The notes beneath the pieces were generated by a model. That model saw only the letters and a list, made by a program, of their open reading frames with translations, ran no database searches and was not told where the DNA came from. From the human T2T-CHM13v2.0 reference genome, Homo sapiens: DNA of 64,000 nt. The DNA lies in NCBI RefSeq assembly GCF_009914755.1, contig NC_060948.1; one strand, written 5' to 3'. Positions 50,021 through 64,000 of this stretch are shown piece by piece (within the stretch, counting starts at the first letter, position 1; the number at the start of each line of letters is the position of its first letter). Both the position numbers and the translations under genes were made by a program.

Positions 50021-52000
50021 GGGGAACAAAGGGGAGTTGCCACGGACCAATGTGGCTGTGGAAAGCCGGAGCAGGCGTGGGTACTATTGTCCTGCATGCG
50101 GCAGAGAAACCCTTGGTGATGCCGAGCAGCAGACGTTTGGGGCATCTTTTTGAAGAGCAGAAGCGAGTTCAGAGCGGAAGAGGTTTTTCAGTGAATGAAG
50201 CTATTTTTAAGGGAGTGTGATTGCTGCCCCTTGCTAGTCCGATCTGGGACTGGGCGTCTTCGGCTATAAGCAGATTCTGCCACTCCTCAGACACCAGCAA
50301 GTCTCTGCAAATCGCGCCTCCCCATGTCAGTGCAGTCAGCCTCAGAATCATACACCCTCTGTGAACACAGGAGGCCTTAGTTTACGGGGAGGGGGAGGCG
50401 AAAGGAGATCATACATGGAAGCAGATCTGAGAAATCCCCTACCCCAGCCTCTGGGTGCTCTTAGGCCTTCTTCCCTGTTGCTCCTCGCTTTCCCTTCCAT
50501 CGTGTGTAAAGTCTCTTTGACCTAAATCAGATTGCAAACCACCCCCAGATGTCAGCCCTGATCACTGACGAAGATGAAGACATGCTGAGCTACATGGTCA
50601 GCCTGGAGGTGAGGCCAGGAAGACTGGGGCTAGAGGGTTTAGCGGGGGAGGGTAAGGGAAATAATTCATTCCTGTAAGCAAGAGTGAGCACCTCACCCGA
50701 AAACCTATCTAAGCTTTCTCCACCTTGTCCTGACAGGTGGAAGAAGAGAAGCATCCTGTTCATCTCTGCAAGATCATGTTGTTCTTTCGGAGTAACCCCT
50801 ACTTCCAGAATAAAGTGATTACCAAGGAATATCTGGTGAACATCACAGGTGACAGGTGGCTCCCAGGATGGGTAGTGGAAGGAAGATGGTGGGTGGATCA
50901 TTGCCAACGGGATCCAGCCCCCTTCCCACAAAAACTCCTGTCTCTGTAGAATACAGGGCTTCTCATTCCACTCCAATTGAGTGGTATCCGGATTATGAAG
51001 TGGAGGCCTATCGCCGCAGACACCACAACAGCAGCCTTAACTTCTTCAACTGGTTCTCTGACCACAACTTCGCAGGATCTAACAAGATTGCTGAGGTGAG
51101 TCCTCACTGGGAAACATGAGGAATGACCCCGTGTGTTCCCAGCTGCTTGGGTCACCTTTCTGAGCCCTGATGAGGCCTTTCCCGATTGAGTCCCCTGACA
51201 GATCCTATGTAAGGACCTGTGGCGCAATCCCCTGCAATACTACAAGAGGATGAAGCCACCTGAAGAGGGAACAGAGACGTCAGGTGAGCCGTTAGTTGGC
51301 ACTGGAGCTGTTTGATGCCCAGTATAAGGGGGTTGACACACCTGCCTATTCAGGGAGCCTGGGTGCTCATTTCAGAAATGTAGAAATTGAGGCTCCTTTC
51401 GTACATGTAGAAATTCCTTGAGAGGAAGACAGAGAGTGACAGAATCCAGGACGTTCATGGCATTGGGCTGAAAAGGCACGTTAGAGACTGCACTGCAAAG
51501 CGGGTGATAGCTGTGGAGTCTTAAGCCCAGTGAAGAATCGTCCATTTCCAGAATCAATGAGAAGTAAAGCTGAAAATCATTCAGTTCAGTCTGTGGCACT
51601 TGATTCCACGGCTGTCAACCCCACCGGCAGTCATCCCGCCAACCCCATGAGATTGGGCTCCCTGAATGTGCGTCCTGGTCATCCTTGCCCCAAACCACAA
51701 AGGACTGTTTAGATTGATGGATTTCCTTAAGCTGTTGCCCCATCAGACTTGTGTGTGCTTTTAGGGTCCAGTGCATCTTGTTAGCTGACTCCCCTCACAG
51801 ACAATACTGGGAATGGGGCAGGGATTGCGCAGAACAGTTTGTAACACGTGGTAGGAGGAAGTTTAAGGGATCACAAATGGGGAAGGGATATCCTTTTCTC
51901 AGCGGGCCCCACAATTGAAACATTTCAAAGTATGGCTCAGAGAAAATGCGTTTTAACATGAGTTTGTGTTTCTCTAGGGGACTCCCAGTTGTTGAGTTGA
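49438..52000 (+). CDS. TSPY: TSPY copy 3, 308 aa, intact
   Basis: Exons 49438-49923, 50531-50608, 50737-50848, 50950-51095, 51202-51283, 51978-52000. Same translation as copy 1. Confidence 0.97.
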
Positions 52001-52170
52001 ATATGATGGAGCATCAGATTTTACCTAATACAGCAGAACTCCTAAAAAGTTACAGCCATATGCAGGACGGCAGTACTCAGCATGGTCTTATGCACAGGAA
52101 CTAAAGGAAAAAGAGATCGAGTCACAAAAATTCAGGAAGAGGGGGTAAATGTGGATTGTATGGAATGAAA

Positions 52171-52176
52171 AATAAA
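52171..52176 (+). terminator. TSPY polyadenylation signal, unit 3
   Basis: AATAAA plus TG-rich tract. Confidence 0.85.
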
Positions 52177-54916
52177 CATTCTCAAGGATGTGTGACTCTG
52201 TGTCTGTGTGTGTGTGTGTGTCTTTGTGTTTGTGTGTGTGTGTGTCTGTGTGTGTATGTTTATCCACTTTATTCGGGTGTCATAATGAATTGATCAATCC
52301 ACGTGCTTTATTCTCTTCATGGAAATAACCAGTCTGCGTTGGAGCTGGGCCTCTAAAGTTGTAGAGTGAATGGGTGTGGGATGTGTTGGGATTCTTCCTA
52401 CAGGACAGAGTGGGAGAGGTAAAAGCAAAAGACAGCTTAGTTGGAGGCTGACTTCGTCCTATGGAAGCAGAGATAGTTCAAGGAAAGGGGTTACTGGGTT
52501 TCCAGGGCCCAGTTTGCTGGGACCTCCAAAATCCTTCATTTTGGGTATCATCATACACAGTAGCTAAGCACAGGATGATGGAAATCTTAAAGTTCGCTTT
52601 CGTGTTGAATCCACATGTTCTTTTAAAGGTGAATGCATGATCCTTTTCTGGGACAATCAGCCTCTCAGGACTTCTGAAACATCAACGTGAGAAGAAATGG
52701 GCATGTAAGGTGTATGGAGGGACTGTGGGAAAGGTGACAGAGGCATGTGGGAAGGCATTCAGGATACGCTTTTGGCAGAGATGACTAAGGGAAAACAGAA
52801 ACTTACAGAAGTGAGGGGAAAGGGGGTGGATTAGTGGAATATAAGATTGTTGGAGAATCCATCCATGGACTCTCTTGTCACTTGATGACCCAGGATATGG
52901 ACACTCTTGTTGATGTTTACATCTTTAGTTGTTTTAAGCTTTTCTCCAAGATTCTGTGTTAGGTGAGGAGCCAATAACGTATGTAGCTAACAACAGTACG
53001 AGTGCATTTTGTGCTCTTGCAAAGTCTAGTGAGGCTCTATTCTCCCTCGTGATTGGCACTGCAGATTGTATCTGGACCCAGGGCCCCTAAATTTTCTGTG
53101 GCCTCTTCAGCATAGTTTGCCTAAGGTTTAGAACGTAAAGCGAATATAGTTGCGGAATATGTTTTGCAAGCCTCACACAGGAGGACAAAACATACAGCTT
53201 TCATTCGCGAGTGGGAGGCTGCTTCCCAGGAACACGTGTGTCTGCACAAGACAAGGGGTTGCCTCTGTCAAGGATGGGGCAGGAGGATTTCAGTGTCGGA
53301 GGCAGAACTTTCTTTCCTGTTCCCAGATGAAACAGTTCCAACACGAGCATCCATGTTGACCACACGCTACTAGAGTGCTAACATTGCTGTCCCGTATAGA
53401 CTCCAGTCAGCACAGCTTCTGTGAGAAGAGCTATGTTGTTTCAGGGAAGAGGGTTTGACAGTCAAAGTTCCTGAATCTGTTGTGGTGCCTGCAATATGCA
53501 TTCTACCCCTCCTGCTCGGTGTCAAAGCAGTTGAGCTTTGAAAATCTATCGCCCGGTTTTGTCCCTGCTCCTATGCAGACCTCTGAAGCTCTGGAGCGGG
53601 AGTCTTGTCCTCCTCTGACTACCGTCCCCCTGACCCACAAACACAGGAGAAACAGGTGTTCTAAGCAAATTATTCTGAAAACAGTCGGAACCCTTTGGCC
53701 CCCTCAAGCTGCCCTGTATCCTACTGTGTGCATGTCAAAGACACTGTGGTCCAGTACGGTATCCCTATAGCGGCAATGGGGCAACAGATTGGTGTGTGCA
53801 CTCTGGGCAACTCAGATTAGGAAACGTCTGGGGACTTGCCTATAACAAGGTCGTCTTAAAACGTGTTGCCCCAAATTTAAGGCATAGGAAAATGTTGAGG
53901 AAAGGGTCTTGCAATGATTTTTCTAGGAGGTAAATAGATAAGAAAATGACCGTAAATAGATGCCAGGGCTAGTTTTGGAGCTAGCCTTTTTTAAAGTGGT
54001 GGTAGGGGAGGAGGTTTTTCCAAGGCAGGTAGCAAACCAGGAGCTGTCTACGATGGATGGGCGTGCCATGGGTTGGTGGCTCAGCCATATTGCCACCCCA
54101 CGGAGTCGATGCAGCAGACTGGGCTTCTTCCTTGAATCCTACGTGCAATTCAGTCTAGTGATTTCACATGAGATCCCTTCTTCTGGTATTATCACAGATC
54201 GTGCTGAATTATACAGGCTGTGTAATGCTTCTTCCACTGAATATCCGTGCACGTGGGCCACAGATGCTAAGGGCACTGACAAATTTGCACCGTGCCTCAG
54301 TAACTCGGAAGCACATCTGTGATTTGTACCGACAGGGACTTGGTGTCTTTTCGTGTTTAAAGTAGCACGTGTGTGTTTGTGGTTGCGTATGTTTATTTCT
54401 CTGTGCGGGTTTGTATATTTTCTCTGACTCCACCTATGTCTCCGTGGTTCCGATATTTTTCCACACTCCCTGCGGCAATTTGCACATGCCTATCTCTACA
54501 ACCATTGTAGACTTTGTATCTGTGTCTTTGAACATCTGTCACTCTCTCTCCCTTCCTTTTTTCTTTTCCTTCCTTTACACCCCTCCTTTCATCCTTCCCT
54601 TGCTTCCCCACCACACTCTCTCCATCTGTATCGTCTATGTTTCTATTCTCTATCTGGGTTTACTTTCTAATTCTGAATTCAAGGGCATTGAATTGAAAAG
54701 AAGCACTCTTCGTACTTTTATGTGTTTTAACTCATTTGGGGAATTTGGCGTGGTATTATTTACAGGGTTCTCTCTGCCCTTTCTCATTGTTCTCCCCAGC
54801 CGGGGCTGTTATTATGTGAAAGCTGGTTTCCTTCATCACATCGCGTAGGCTCTAATGATGTTTCGTTTATTTTGATTCTCCTCACACTACATAGTTTTAA
54901 TTTACCTAATGTGACT

Positions 54917-55224
54917 GTTTTTTTGTTTGTTTTCCGAGAATGGGTCTTACTCTGTCTTCTAGGTTGGACAGCAGCCCCACGATCTCAGCCCACTGCAGCC
55001 CAGGCACCACACACCCATGTGATCCTGTCAACTCAGACTCTCACACACCTGGCAGTACAGGTGCATGCCACCCCTCCAAGCTATGTATTAATTAACTAAA
55101 TACTTACTTTTTGAATGTGGGTCCATGTTGCCCCAGGCTCATCTGGAACTCCTGAGTGCAGGCAATCCTCCCACCTCAGCTTATCAAAGTGCTGGGATGA
55201 CAGGTGTGACCCATGGCCCTGCCA
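54917..55224 (-). mobile_element. Old antisense Alu, unit 3
   Basis: Copy of 14350-14657. Confidence 0.88.
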
Positions 55225-55616
55225 TGGCTTTGTGTTTTTTGCTTTTTTCTTCCTCCTCCTCACGTCTTGTTTTGAAACATGCACTGAAGGTTTCAATTCA
55301 TGGACTATAGCCTCTGTGCCTGGAATTTCTATCTTTCAACTCATCATCAGCATTCATTGGGATTTTCATATATATATATACCTATATAAGACTACCTATG
55401 TACACACATATATACGTATATACATGTATATACGTATATATGCACATTTATATACGTATATACATGTATATACGTATATATATACATGTACACATATGTA
55501 TTTATTTCTCAAGTTACGAAACGGCTTGCATTCTTTCCTGTGTCATGAAAAAGACTTTGCTAGAAAAGAAAAGCACTGCTTTATAATAAAATATTTTATT
55601 TGCATTTATTTTGTTA

Positions 55617-57397
55617 AGGCATTTTAAAAATTGTATGTTTGTTTAAAAAATGTCATATGAAATGATACATATTTACAACTTAAGGCGTGATGTTCAACAG
55701 GTCATATACATTATGCATTGGATACATCCAGCCAATCAACATATGTGTGACCTCACATAGTTGTCATTTTTGTTGTGAAAAAACTTGACCTGCACTGTAT
55801 TCGAATATTTTTAGAGAAAGAATATGTTACCACTAGTTATAGTGAGCATGCTGAAGAAAATATTTTTAACCTATTCCTCCTTTATAACTAGAAGTATGAG
55901 TTCTTCATCCAGCATCTCGTCAGTGCACCCTCTTCACCGCAGTCATTGGAGTCACTACTTCTGTGAAGTCCGCTTTTTTGATTTCATATAAGAATGAGAT
56001 CATGTGCTACTTTCCTTTCTGATACCTGGCTTATGTCACTTAACAGAATGGCATGCACACATTCAGCAGATTCCCACACATTCTCACAACTGGCAGGATT
56101 TCCTGATTTCTTATTGCAGCGCATATTTACGTTGCGCATATGCGTTTTTGCCCCATTTTTTAATCCACTTATCAATGGAGGGACTCTCAGGTTGCTTCCG
56201 CATTTTGGCTACAGCAAAAATGTAATGAGTGCAGCAATAATTGCATGGGTGCGCGCACCGCTTCAACATACTGATCTGTGTACTGGCGGGCGTGCCCGGG
56301 TATTCTGATTTGCTGGATCATATAGTGGGTGGTTCTACTTGTAGATTTCTGAAGGCTGTTTATACTTAAATAAGAGCCATAAAGCTTCTTTAATGCCAGC
56401 ACTAATTTACATTCTCCCCAAAAGTGAGCAGGGAATTCGTTTTCTCTGCCTCCTCACCAGAGATTAGGGTTTTCTTTTCTTTCTTTTTTTTTTTTTGTTT
56501 GTTTGTCTTTCGGATAATATGCATTCTGACTGAAGTGAGAAGAAATCTCATTGTGTTTTTGATTTGCATTTTCGTGATGGATTGGGGATAATGAGGAATT
56601 TTTAGTGTGTCTTCTGGGCAACTGTATGTCTCAGTTTCACAAATGAGTCTTCGCAGCCTTCGCCCATTTGTTTTCATGCTATTGAGTTGTTGGGAGTTCC
56701 TTATGTACTGTGACTATTCCCCCATGAACAGATGTATGGTGATCCAATCATTGCTCCCATCCTGTAGGATGCCCCTTCTGTATGTTGAGTTTTCTATGGT
56801 GTGGTGAAGCACTTTAGTTTGATATGATTCCATTCTCTATTTTTGATGGTGTTTACTGTGTTCTTGCAGTCACTTTGAGACCATCATTGCACACACGGAC
56901 GCCATGGAGCTTCTTCCTTGTGATCTCTTCTGCTATTTTTATCGTTTCACATCTGACACTGGAGTTTGGTGATAAATAATCCACTTGTAAAATCCTTTGT
57001 GTGGCTATTCAGATTTCCCCAACCTAGTTTATAGAAGATACTTGATTTTGCATTGGGCATTCTTGCTTCTTTGGGAAAAGGCTGTGAGCTGCAAATGCAG
57101 TGACTTAGTTCTGGGCTCCTGTTGTTTTTCCTAAGCTCTAGTCTCTGCTTTTCTGCCAGTGCTATTGTATTTTGGTACAAAAAGTTTTGTAGTAGTATAT
57201 CATGAAGTTAGGTAGTGTGGTGGCTCCAGCTTTGTGCTTTTTACTGGATTGCTCTGGGTTTTCAGGATCTTCTGCCATTTCATAGCAAATTTGGGATTCC
57301 CAGATTGTTTTTCTAAGAAGAATGTGTCATTGATATTTTTACAGGGGTTGTATAGAATCTGAGGATGACTCAGGTAGTAGTGATGTCAATGCCGTTT
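55617..57397 (-). mobile_element. L1 3' portion, unit 3
   Basis: Copy of 15050-16830. Confidence 0.9.
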
Positions 57398-57438
57398 AGA
57401 CAATGTGCGTGTTTGTGTGCACAAGCTCAGGGCCAAGA

Positions 57439-58857
57439 GACACTGGGTGTCCTCACCAATACTGAGGTGGGCCTTAATATCCAGCCAGATTGCCTTCTGG
57501 AAACACACGGAATGTCCTGTTCTGTTTTGCCATCTCTTCACATTTCCTCCCCTGTGAGCCCTGTGTGGTCCTCCAGATTCCCTGTGCGGTGGCCTGCCTT
57601 TTTTGGGGTGGGGAGTTGCTGGGTGAATGAGGATGGCGGAGGGAACCAAGTATGTCAGTGGAGCGTGGTGTCATCCAAACGGTACTTAGCAGGCCTGGGA
57701 GAGTCATTCTGGGAGGACGCAGACCTAGAGAGGCCTCAGGTGGGCATCTGTGTGGAGGGTGAGAGATCCCTGGTTGAGCCCAAACTGAACCCCAGGTAGA
57801 AGCAAGCCTCAGGACAGGGAAGTAGCTAGCAAGGGATGATGAGGGAGCTATCTCTTGACCCTGGCTTCCCACCCATTGACCTTAGCTACTTGTGCCTATT
57901 AAGCAGATTACGGTTCCCCCATCGTGAAATGTGGGTACCACAGTTCCCTGATGGGCATTTCTCCACCAGCCCATGATGGCCTGAGTTTCCTTACTGCAGT
58001 CTCCTCCCTGAGCCTTGGCTTCTCTATGTGTGTCCTAACTCCAGGACCCACAGGCCTGTCAACCCCCAGCCCTGGGCTGCTTCCCTGGCCTCTTCTCTGT
58101 TCCCTCTCTGAGGGCCTAACTCCCTTGGGTAGTGCTGCAGAATATAGAGCCACAGGCCCTGGCTGATGATCTGGTGGACTGGGCAAATTGGTCGTGACAG
58201 GTCAGGTTCTGGTTCAAAGCCAATTCCTCCGATGCCAAGGAATGTCGAAGAAGGTCCTTTGCCATGATGCCCCATAGCTGCCCCACCTCAGCAATCGTGC
58301 CGTAACCTGGGCCCTCACAGTCAGACAACCAGCTGAAGAAGCTCAGGCAGTGACCTGCGGGAAACTCGGGCTTTCACCTGCATGACCCTAGAACCACTGG
58401 ACTGCAGTGGAGCCAGTCGCCCTGTATCCTGGAGGGAGACGAGTCAGGAAGGCGCACGCCAGGCCCAGCTCCCGAGGTACTACCCCCTCTACTCCTCAGG
58501 GAGGATGCCAACGCAATACTCCTTAGTCATCACTTTGTTTCCGAAGTAAATGTTGTGATGAAAGGCAAACTTCTTCCTACCCCTTGTATTCAGGGTGGCC
58601 GAGTTCCTCCACCTGCCTGTCCAAGAAGGAGAAACAGGGCTGTGAAGGGGCAATTTCATCTAGGTGGGCTGAGGTGGCATTCTAGCCGGGGTGAAGCATG
58701 CGTTTCCCCTTCCCAGCTTTCCCGCTGAGACACACCTGAGCCCCAGAAGGACCTCAACCTGACCAGGACCTTAGCACCCTCCCCCAGACCCAGGCTTTCC
58801 ATCCTGACCTGCAAATCCAACATGCAGCTTTGAAGGACTTTCTCATGGTTTCTGAGC
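57439..58857 (-). pseudogene. Second TSPY-like relic, unit 3
   Basis: Copy of 16872-18290 at offset +40567. Confidence 0.85.
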
Positions 58858-60902
58858 TCCTTGCTCTCACCAGAAAGAATCAGAACTTTTAAAGTGTTCT
58901 TTATGCCAACTTAAATTTTTCATTTTTACTACCTCATGTTTTGGATGAGGCATGTATTTTTAAATTTATTTTCACCCTTATTGTACCTCTATGATAAACT
59001 GCTTGCTTACATTCATACCGTAATTATCTCTCAGGTTACTTGTCTGTTCCTAAAGATTCACTGAAACGAAGAATTCTATATATGCTTGTATCTTTCAGCA
59101 ACCGTATGTCAGATAGCACTGCACATTACTGCAGACATCGCATATACAGGTCCAAAGGTAGAGGAAGAAGAAGAAAGCAAGCGTTAAACTCTATTCATTC
59201 CTAAAAGCATATCAGAAACTCACAAATAACAGTGAAATCAAAGAATGATCACAGCCAATTCCATTACATACCTAGACTGAAATACGAAACTTCAAAGAAA
59301 AGAAACATTAGAACTTTGGGTTTGTAAAAATTTTCCTATATAGATAAAATTATTGGTAACTGTGTCTCACTAGAAAACGTAAACAAAAATCCATGTTTTT
59401 CATATTTGTAAATATACATAGTTTTATTTCCATCAGTTATGACATGCAAGCAAGTAATAAAGTGAAAGTACAATCAAATGATATATGGAACTTCCTCAGT
59501 CTTAAAATATTCCATGGAGACTATCAATTTTATGAAAACTATAAAGAATGCTTCATGAAACTACATTGTACAGTGCCATTTACTATTTTACTGACATTTT
59601 AAATAATCAACAATTAAAGGGAATACGTCAACATTATTTAATACCAATAACGTTATTTTTCTTGAGTAATCCTGTTGAAATTAAGGATTTTAAATAAAAC
59701 ATTAAAAACAAATTATATTGACTGATTTCAGCTTTGGATGAAATCATACTTGTGTATTTGTAGTAATGCGAAGCATAACTTTCTCCTCACAATTAATCTT
59801 TTATAACATCGGTGTTATAGTTTTCTCTGACACCAACATTGTGATATCGCACAGGTTTACTGCATGCATGCATTACATGCCTCCAGAGAGTAGGCTTCAA
59901 ATATATGGAAAAATTATATTTATGAAAAAATTCTAGGAAAGGGAATGGTGAAATGGAAGAGAATTTCTCACTTGCTAACTGTTGGACATGGATTTGTATA
60001 TATTTGGATATAGACACATACTGGCACACTGTGAGTTTGCCCATGTATATATACACTTATATGAGAAACCCATAATATATGGGTTGTGTAATCTTTTAAT
60101 TAATCCATAATTGTATGTGTGTGAAATTAGATAAGCGGTTACCTTTTCTTTACTCAATTTGATGGAAAGCCAAAAAACTCTGTCCACCTTCATTTCAATT
60201 AATCCAATACTGTTAACTGCTGGTAGCTTCATTCTCCTTGTTCTCTTACGGCAACCGGAAAGTTAATTCTCGCTCTAATTTGGCTTTCAAGGTGCGATCA
60301 ACAAGAGTGTCACCTTGCTGTGGATTGTGACCTCTGACTCCACCTCTGTCTTCCTTTTGCAGTCCTACCTTTGCATAGGTAACAAACTTTGTACATGGTT
60401 AAAAGGATAAAAGTTCAGTGAAATGTCAAGCCATGCTGTGAAATGTTCCATAGTTTCTATATCTCTAATTGTCCTTTGATGTTATAGAGGCAAGAAAAAT
60501 AATTCAATGTTTTTCTTAGTATCTAGTCCAATGCACTCTTTCTTCATAATACTGCAAACAAGGCACTGACATGGAAACGTGGCTGGACGTCTCAAAATCT
60601 CTTCTCATTAATTACCATTATGTTAATCACTGTTGCCCACAACTGGAATTGGACTTTGAAATCCCCTGGTGGAAATTGCTATAATGGCTCAAACTACTGG
60701 AAAGACTATCTTTTTTTACCTGAAAATATCTGATGAGCATAGACGTATGCTATATACAGGAAGATATTGTACATTAACAACATACCATCACTGCCACTCA
60801 ATAATAGGTATCCCAAACCTTTGAGCCAAACTGAGCTCAGGTGCTCCCACAAACCAAGCTTTTCCCTCCACAGATTTCTTATGTCAAAAAGCCACAACTC
60901 CA

Positions 60903-61557
60903 GGCCAGGCTTCGTGGCTCTTGTTGTAATTTCTACATTTTGGGAGGCCGAGGTTGGTGGGTCAGTTGAGGTCAGGAGTTGGAGACTAGCATGGGCAACA
61001 TGGCAAAAAGCTGTCTCTACCAAAAATACAAAAATTAGCCAGACCTAGTGGCACTTTCCTGTGGTCCCAGCTACTTGGGAGGCTGAGGTAGGAGAACCAC
61101 CTGAACATGGGTGGCAGAGATTGTATAGTAAGCCAAGATCAGACTACTGCACTCCAGCCTGGATGACACAGCGAGACCATGAAAAAAAAAATAAAGGCAA
61201 CTCCACTCGTCCACTGGCTTAGGTAAAAAATACTGGAGTTGGCTGGGCTCGGTGGCTCACACCTGTATTCCCAGCACTTTGGATTTTGGGAAGCTGAGTC
61301 GGGCGGGTCACCTGAGATCTGTAGTAGGAGAGCAGCCTGGCCAACATGGTGAAGCCTGGCTTCTACTAAAAATACAAAACATTAGCTGAGCGTGGTGATG
61401 CATGCTTGTAATCCCAGCTACTGCAGAGGCTGAACCTGGGAGGCGGAGGATGTGTTGAGCTGAGATCCTGCCACTGCGCTCCAGCCTGGTCTACAGAGCG
61501 AGAGTACCCTGTGAGAAACAAAGGTGAAGAGAACAAGAAAAAAAAATGAGAAAAATA
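60903..61557 (+). mobile_element. Two tandem Alus, unit 4 (60903-61195, 61241-61557)
   Basis: Copies of 53-355 and 401-718. Confidence 0.92.
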
Positions 61558-61652
61558 AGACCCACTGCAAAAGGTTGCCACAGAAAAGATTAAACATTTC
61601 AGCAACTTCTATCTTCTATCATGGAAGCCAAGGTTATTTGGACCAAACCTCC

Positions 61653-62005
61653 TGTCTTAGTTCATTTTCACGCTGCTGAAGAAGAGATACCTGAAACTGG
61701 GAATAAAAGGAGGTTTAATTGGACTGACAGTTCCACATGGCTGTGGAGGCCTCAGAATCATGGTATACGAATAAAGGCACTTCTTACATGGCAATGCCAA
61801 GAGAGAATGAGGAAGAACCTGAGGCAGAAACCCCTGAAAAACCCATCAGATCCCGTGAGACTTCTTCACTGTCACAAGAATAGCATGAGAAAGACCGACC
61901 CCCATGATTCAATTACCTCCCCCTGGGTCCCACCCGCAACACGAGGGAATTCTGGGAGATACAATTGAAGCTGAGATTTGAATGGAGACACACCAAACCA
62001 TGTCA
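61653..62005 (-). mobile_element. THE1 solo LTR, unit 4
   Basis: Copy of 814-1166. Confidence 0.9.
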
Positions 62006-64000
62006 CTTCCCAAACAATTAAAAATTCCCAATAGAAGAAGCATTAATTATATCAAAAAGTGGTGGACCAAGAAGGAACTATTAGCCTCATATCTCAAGAA
62101 AGACTCCAGTCAAGGCCTAGGGACTACTCATGAAAAGAGTTTAATAGCCGACTCTCTCCCAGTGGATCTGGATTCCACCGGACTGTATCTTCACAGTAAG
62201 GGTGAAACAGAAGCAAACCCATTCCTATTTCCAAGCTCAAGGAACTTTGGTCAAAGTTCTCTTGGAGCTGAGCAGAAGAAGGAGGCAAACAGAAAAGATT
62301 TGTGTCCCTGAGAAGTCATGGCCACAGGCTGGCTATCACACAGATTGTCAAGCCAGTTCCATATTGCATGGGTATTACAGAAAATCTCAAAACATAAATT
62401 TGTGTGTGGGTTGTCCCAGAGTAGCAGGATCTGGCAGAAGGAAATTTCCTTCTAACCCTCAAAGAATCCACATAAATCTTGTTACATTTGGGATTTTACG
62501 ATTTGCTTCAGGAATGAGAATGGCCTTAATTTTCATATCTTTTTCTACACTCAGTTTATGGCTTGTTGGCGTCAAAGTTCTGCTTGCTTCACACAATGAG
62601 TTTAGGATTTTCCCTTTTTTATTCTATAGAATTCTTCATATATATTGAAATGCTCTGCCTGGGGAAAAAAATCTGAGCCTAGCGTTTTATCTCTAGGAAG
62701 AATCCTTTATTTCCTTGAACATTTATGAGACTATACAGATTATATATGTCTTCTTGTATCAATTTTACTAAGCTATATACATAGCTTATGTTTATATATT
62801 ATATATATAAATGTAAGATACAAATATAAAAATTATGTATAAATATGAAAATATATATAGAAAGCGATATATATGTCTATATATATAGACAGATTATAAA
62901 TATCTGTCTATTTGATCTAAGTTTTCAAATTTGTAGGTTAAGGTGTTAACGATATTTCCTTATTAGCTTCTTAATCTATGCTGTATCTATGGTTGTGTAC
63001 CTTTTAAATTCTTAGTTTTATCTATGTTTTCTCCCTTTTTTTCTAAACTTGACTGACGGTTGCATCATTTATTATATTTCTCCAACAAGCAAAGGTTAGC
63101 TTTGTATGTTTTACTAATTTTGTCTACATCATTATTCCCACACTTTAGTTTTTCAGAATTGATTCTGTTGTTTCTTTTCTAATTCTTTATTGAAATATCT
63201 AGTACATTAATTTTCAAGTTATTAGAGAAATATTTGTCTGTAAACTCCTATTGTAATATCACTTTTCTTGCTACTCACAGATTTAATCTTTAATATTGGC
63301 GGTATCATTGAGTTCTAAGTACATTTCAATTCCTAGTATGATAATCTATGAATTGCTGAGAAATAGTGTTTACAATTTTGTTGTTCTATTTCCACTTAAG
63401 TTTATTTTTACTTCTGCTAACTCAATTGAAAATTCTTTACTAATTTTTAAAATCCTTGAACCCAAGAGATGGAGGTTGCAGTGAGCTGAGATCAGGCCAC
63501 TGCATTCCAGACTGAGTGACAGAGTGGAACGAGATTTCAAAACAAAACAAAACAAAACAAAACAAAACAGTCACTGGAAAGATAATAAAATACATAAATG
63601 TGGGATGTAATATGTAATCGTGATAAAATAAACTGGATTTTTTGTGTAAGTTATACATATAAATGTAATGCCAAGACACTGATAAGACAACTCATGGTCT
63701 TATCTCAATACTTAGTGTCTTCATGTAACATATGTCCTTTAGGATAGTTATAGTCCGTTTTCTTTCCAGGAGAGACAGATGAGAATGCAGAAATGTTAAA
63801 GTGCAAGGGACGGAAGCTTCCAGCTGTGCCCACCTGTAACCTGACGTAGACAGTTCCACCGTTTGCTTCATTAATCATGCCAAAGGCTCTAATGCAAATG
63901 TGGTACAGAGTCACATGTTTTTGTATCTACATGATAGAAACTATAACTTCATCCCTATATAGAAGGGTATATAGCATATGCCTCAGTGATAAATATAAGT

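Larger units (their letters stand above)
40564..60850. repeat. TSPY array tandem unit, copy 3
   Basis: Near-identical to units 1 and 2, with local clusters of differences. Confidence 0.98.
60851..64000. repeat. TSPY array tandem unit, copy 4 (partial)
   Basis: Matches the first ~3.16 kb of the unit. The first Alu tail is 13 nt shorter than in unit 1. Confidence 0.97.

Noticed and set aside
1-64000. CRISPR array, rRNA/tRNA genes, prokaryotic systems, or an assembly duplication artefact
   Set aside because: No repeat-spacer or structural-RNA signatures were seen, and the DNA is primate (Alu, THE1, spliceosomal introns). The units differ by many distinct SNVs and indels and match the known ~20.3-kb TSPY period.

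Overview
This window is human (or great-ape) Y-chromosome ampliconic DNA from the TSPY tandem array (DYZ5). It holds about 3.15 head-to-tail units, with periods of 20,285, 20,278 and 20,287 bp. Each full unit has one intact six-exon TSPY gene on + (308 aa, plus a 294-aa isoform). Each unit also carries two degenerate TSPY-derived copies on the - strand. One is near full length, lies head-to-head with TSPY across a CpG island, and probably corresponds to FAM197Y/CYorf16. The other is 5'-truncated and lies downstream of TSPY. Interspersed repeats are Alu, a THE1 solo LTR, L1, L2 and microsatellites. Main sequence-level observations: (1) TSPY intron 1 has U12-type (minor spliceosome) signals; (2) a spliced ~99-codon frame survives in the inverted paralogue; (3) a CCAAT box is present in only one promoter copy; (4) an NRF1 palindrome overlaps the start codon; (5) a tandem 3' splice site is shared by all three paralogues; (6) divergence between units is patchy. 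All comparisons were made by eye, with no database search.
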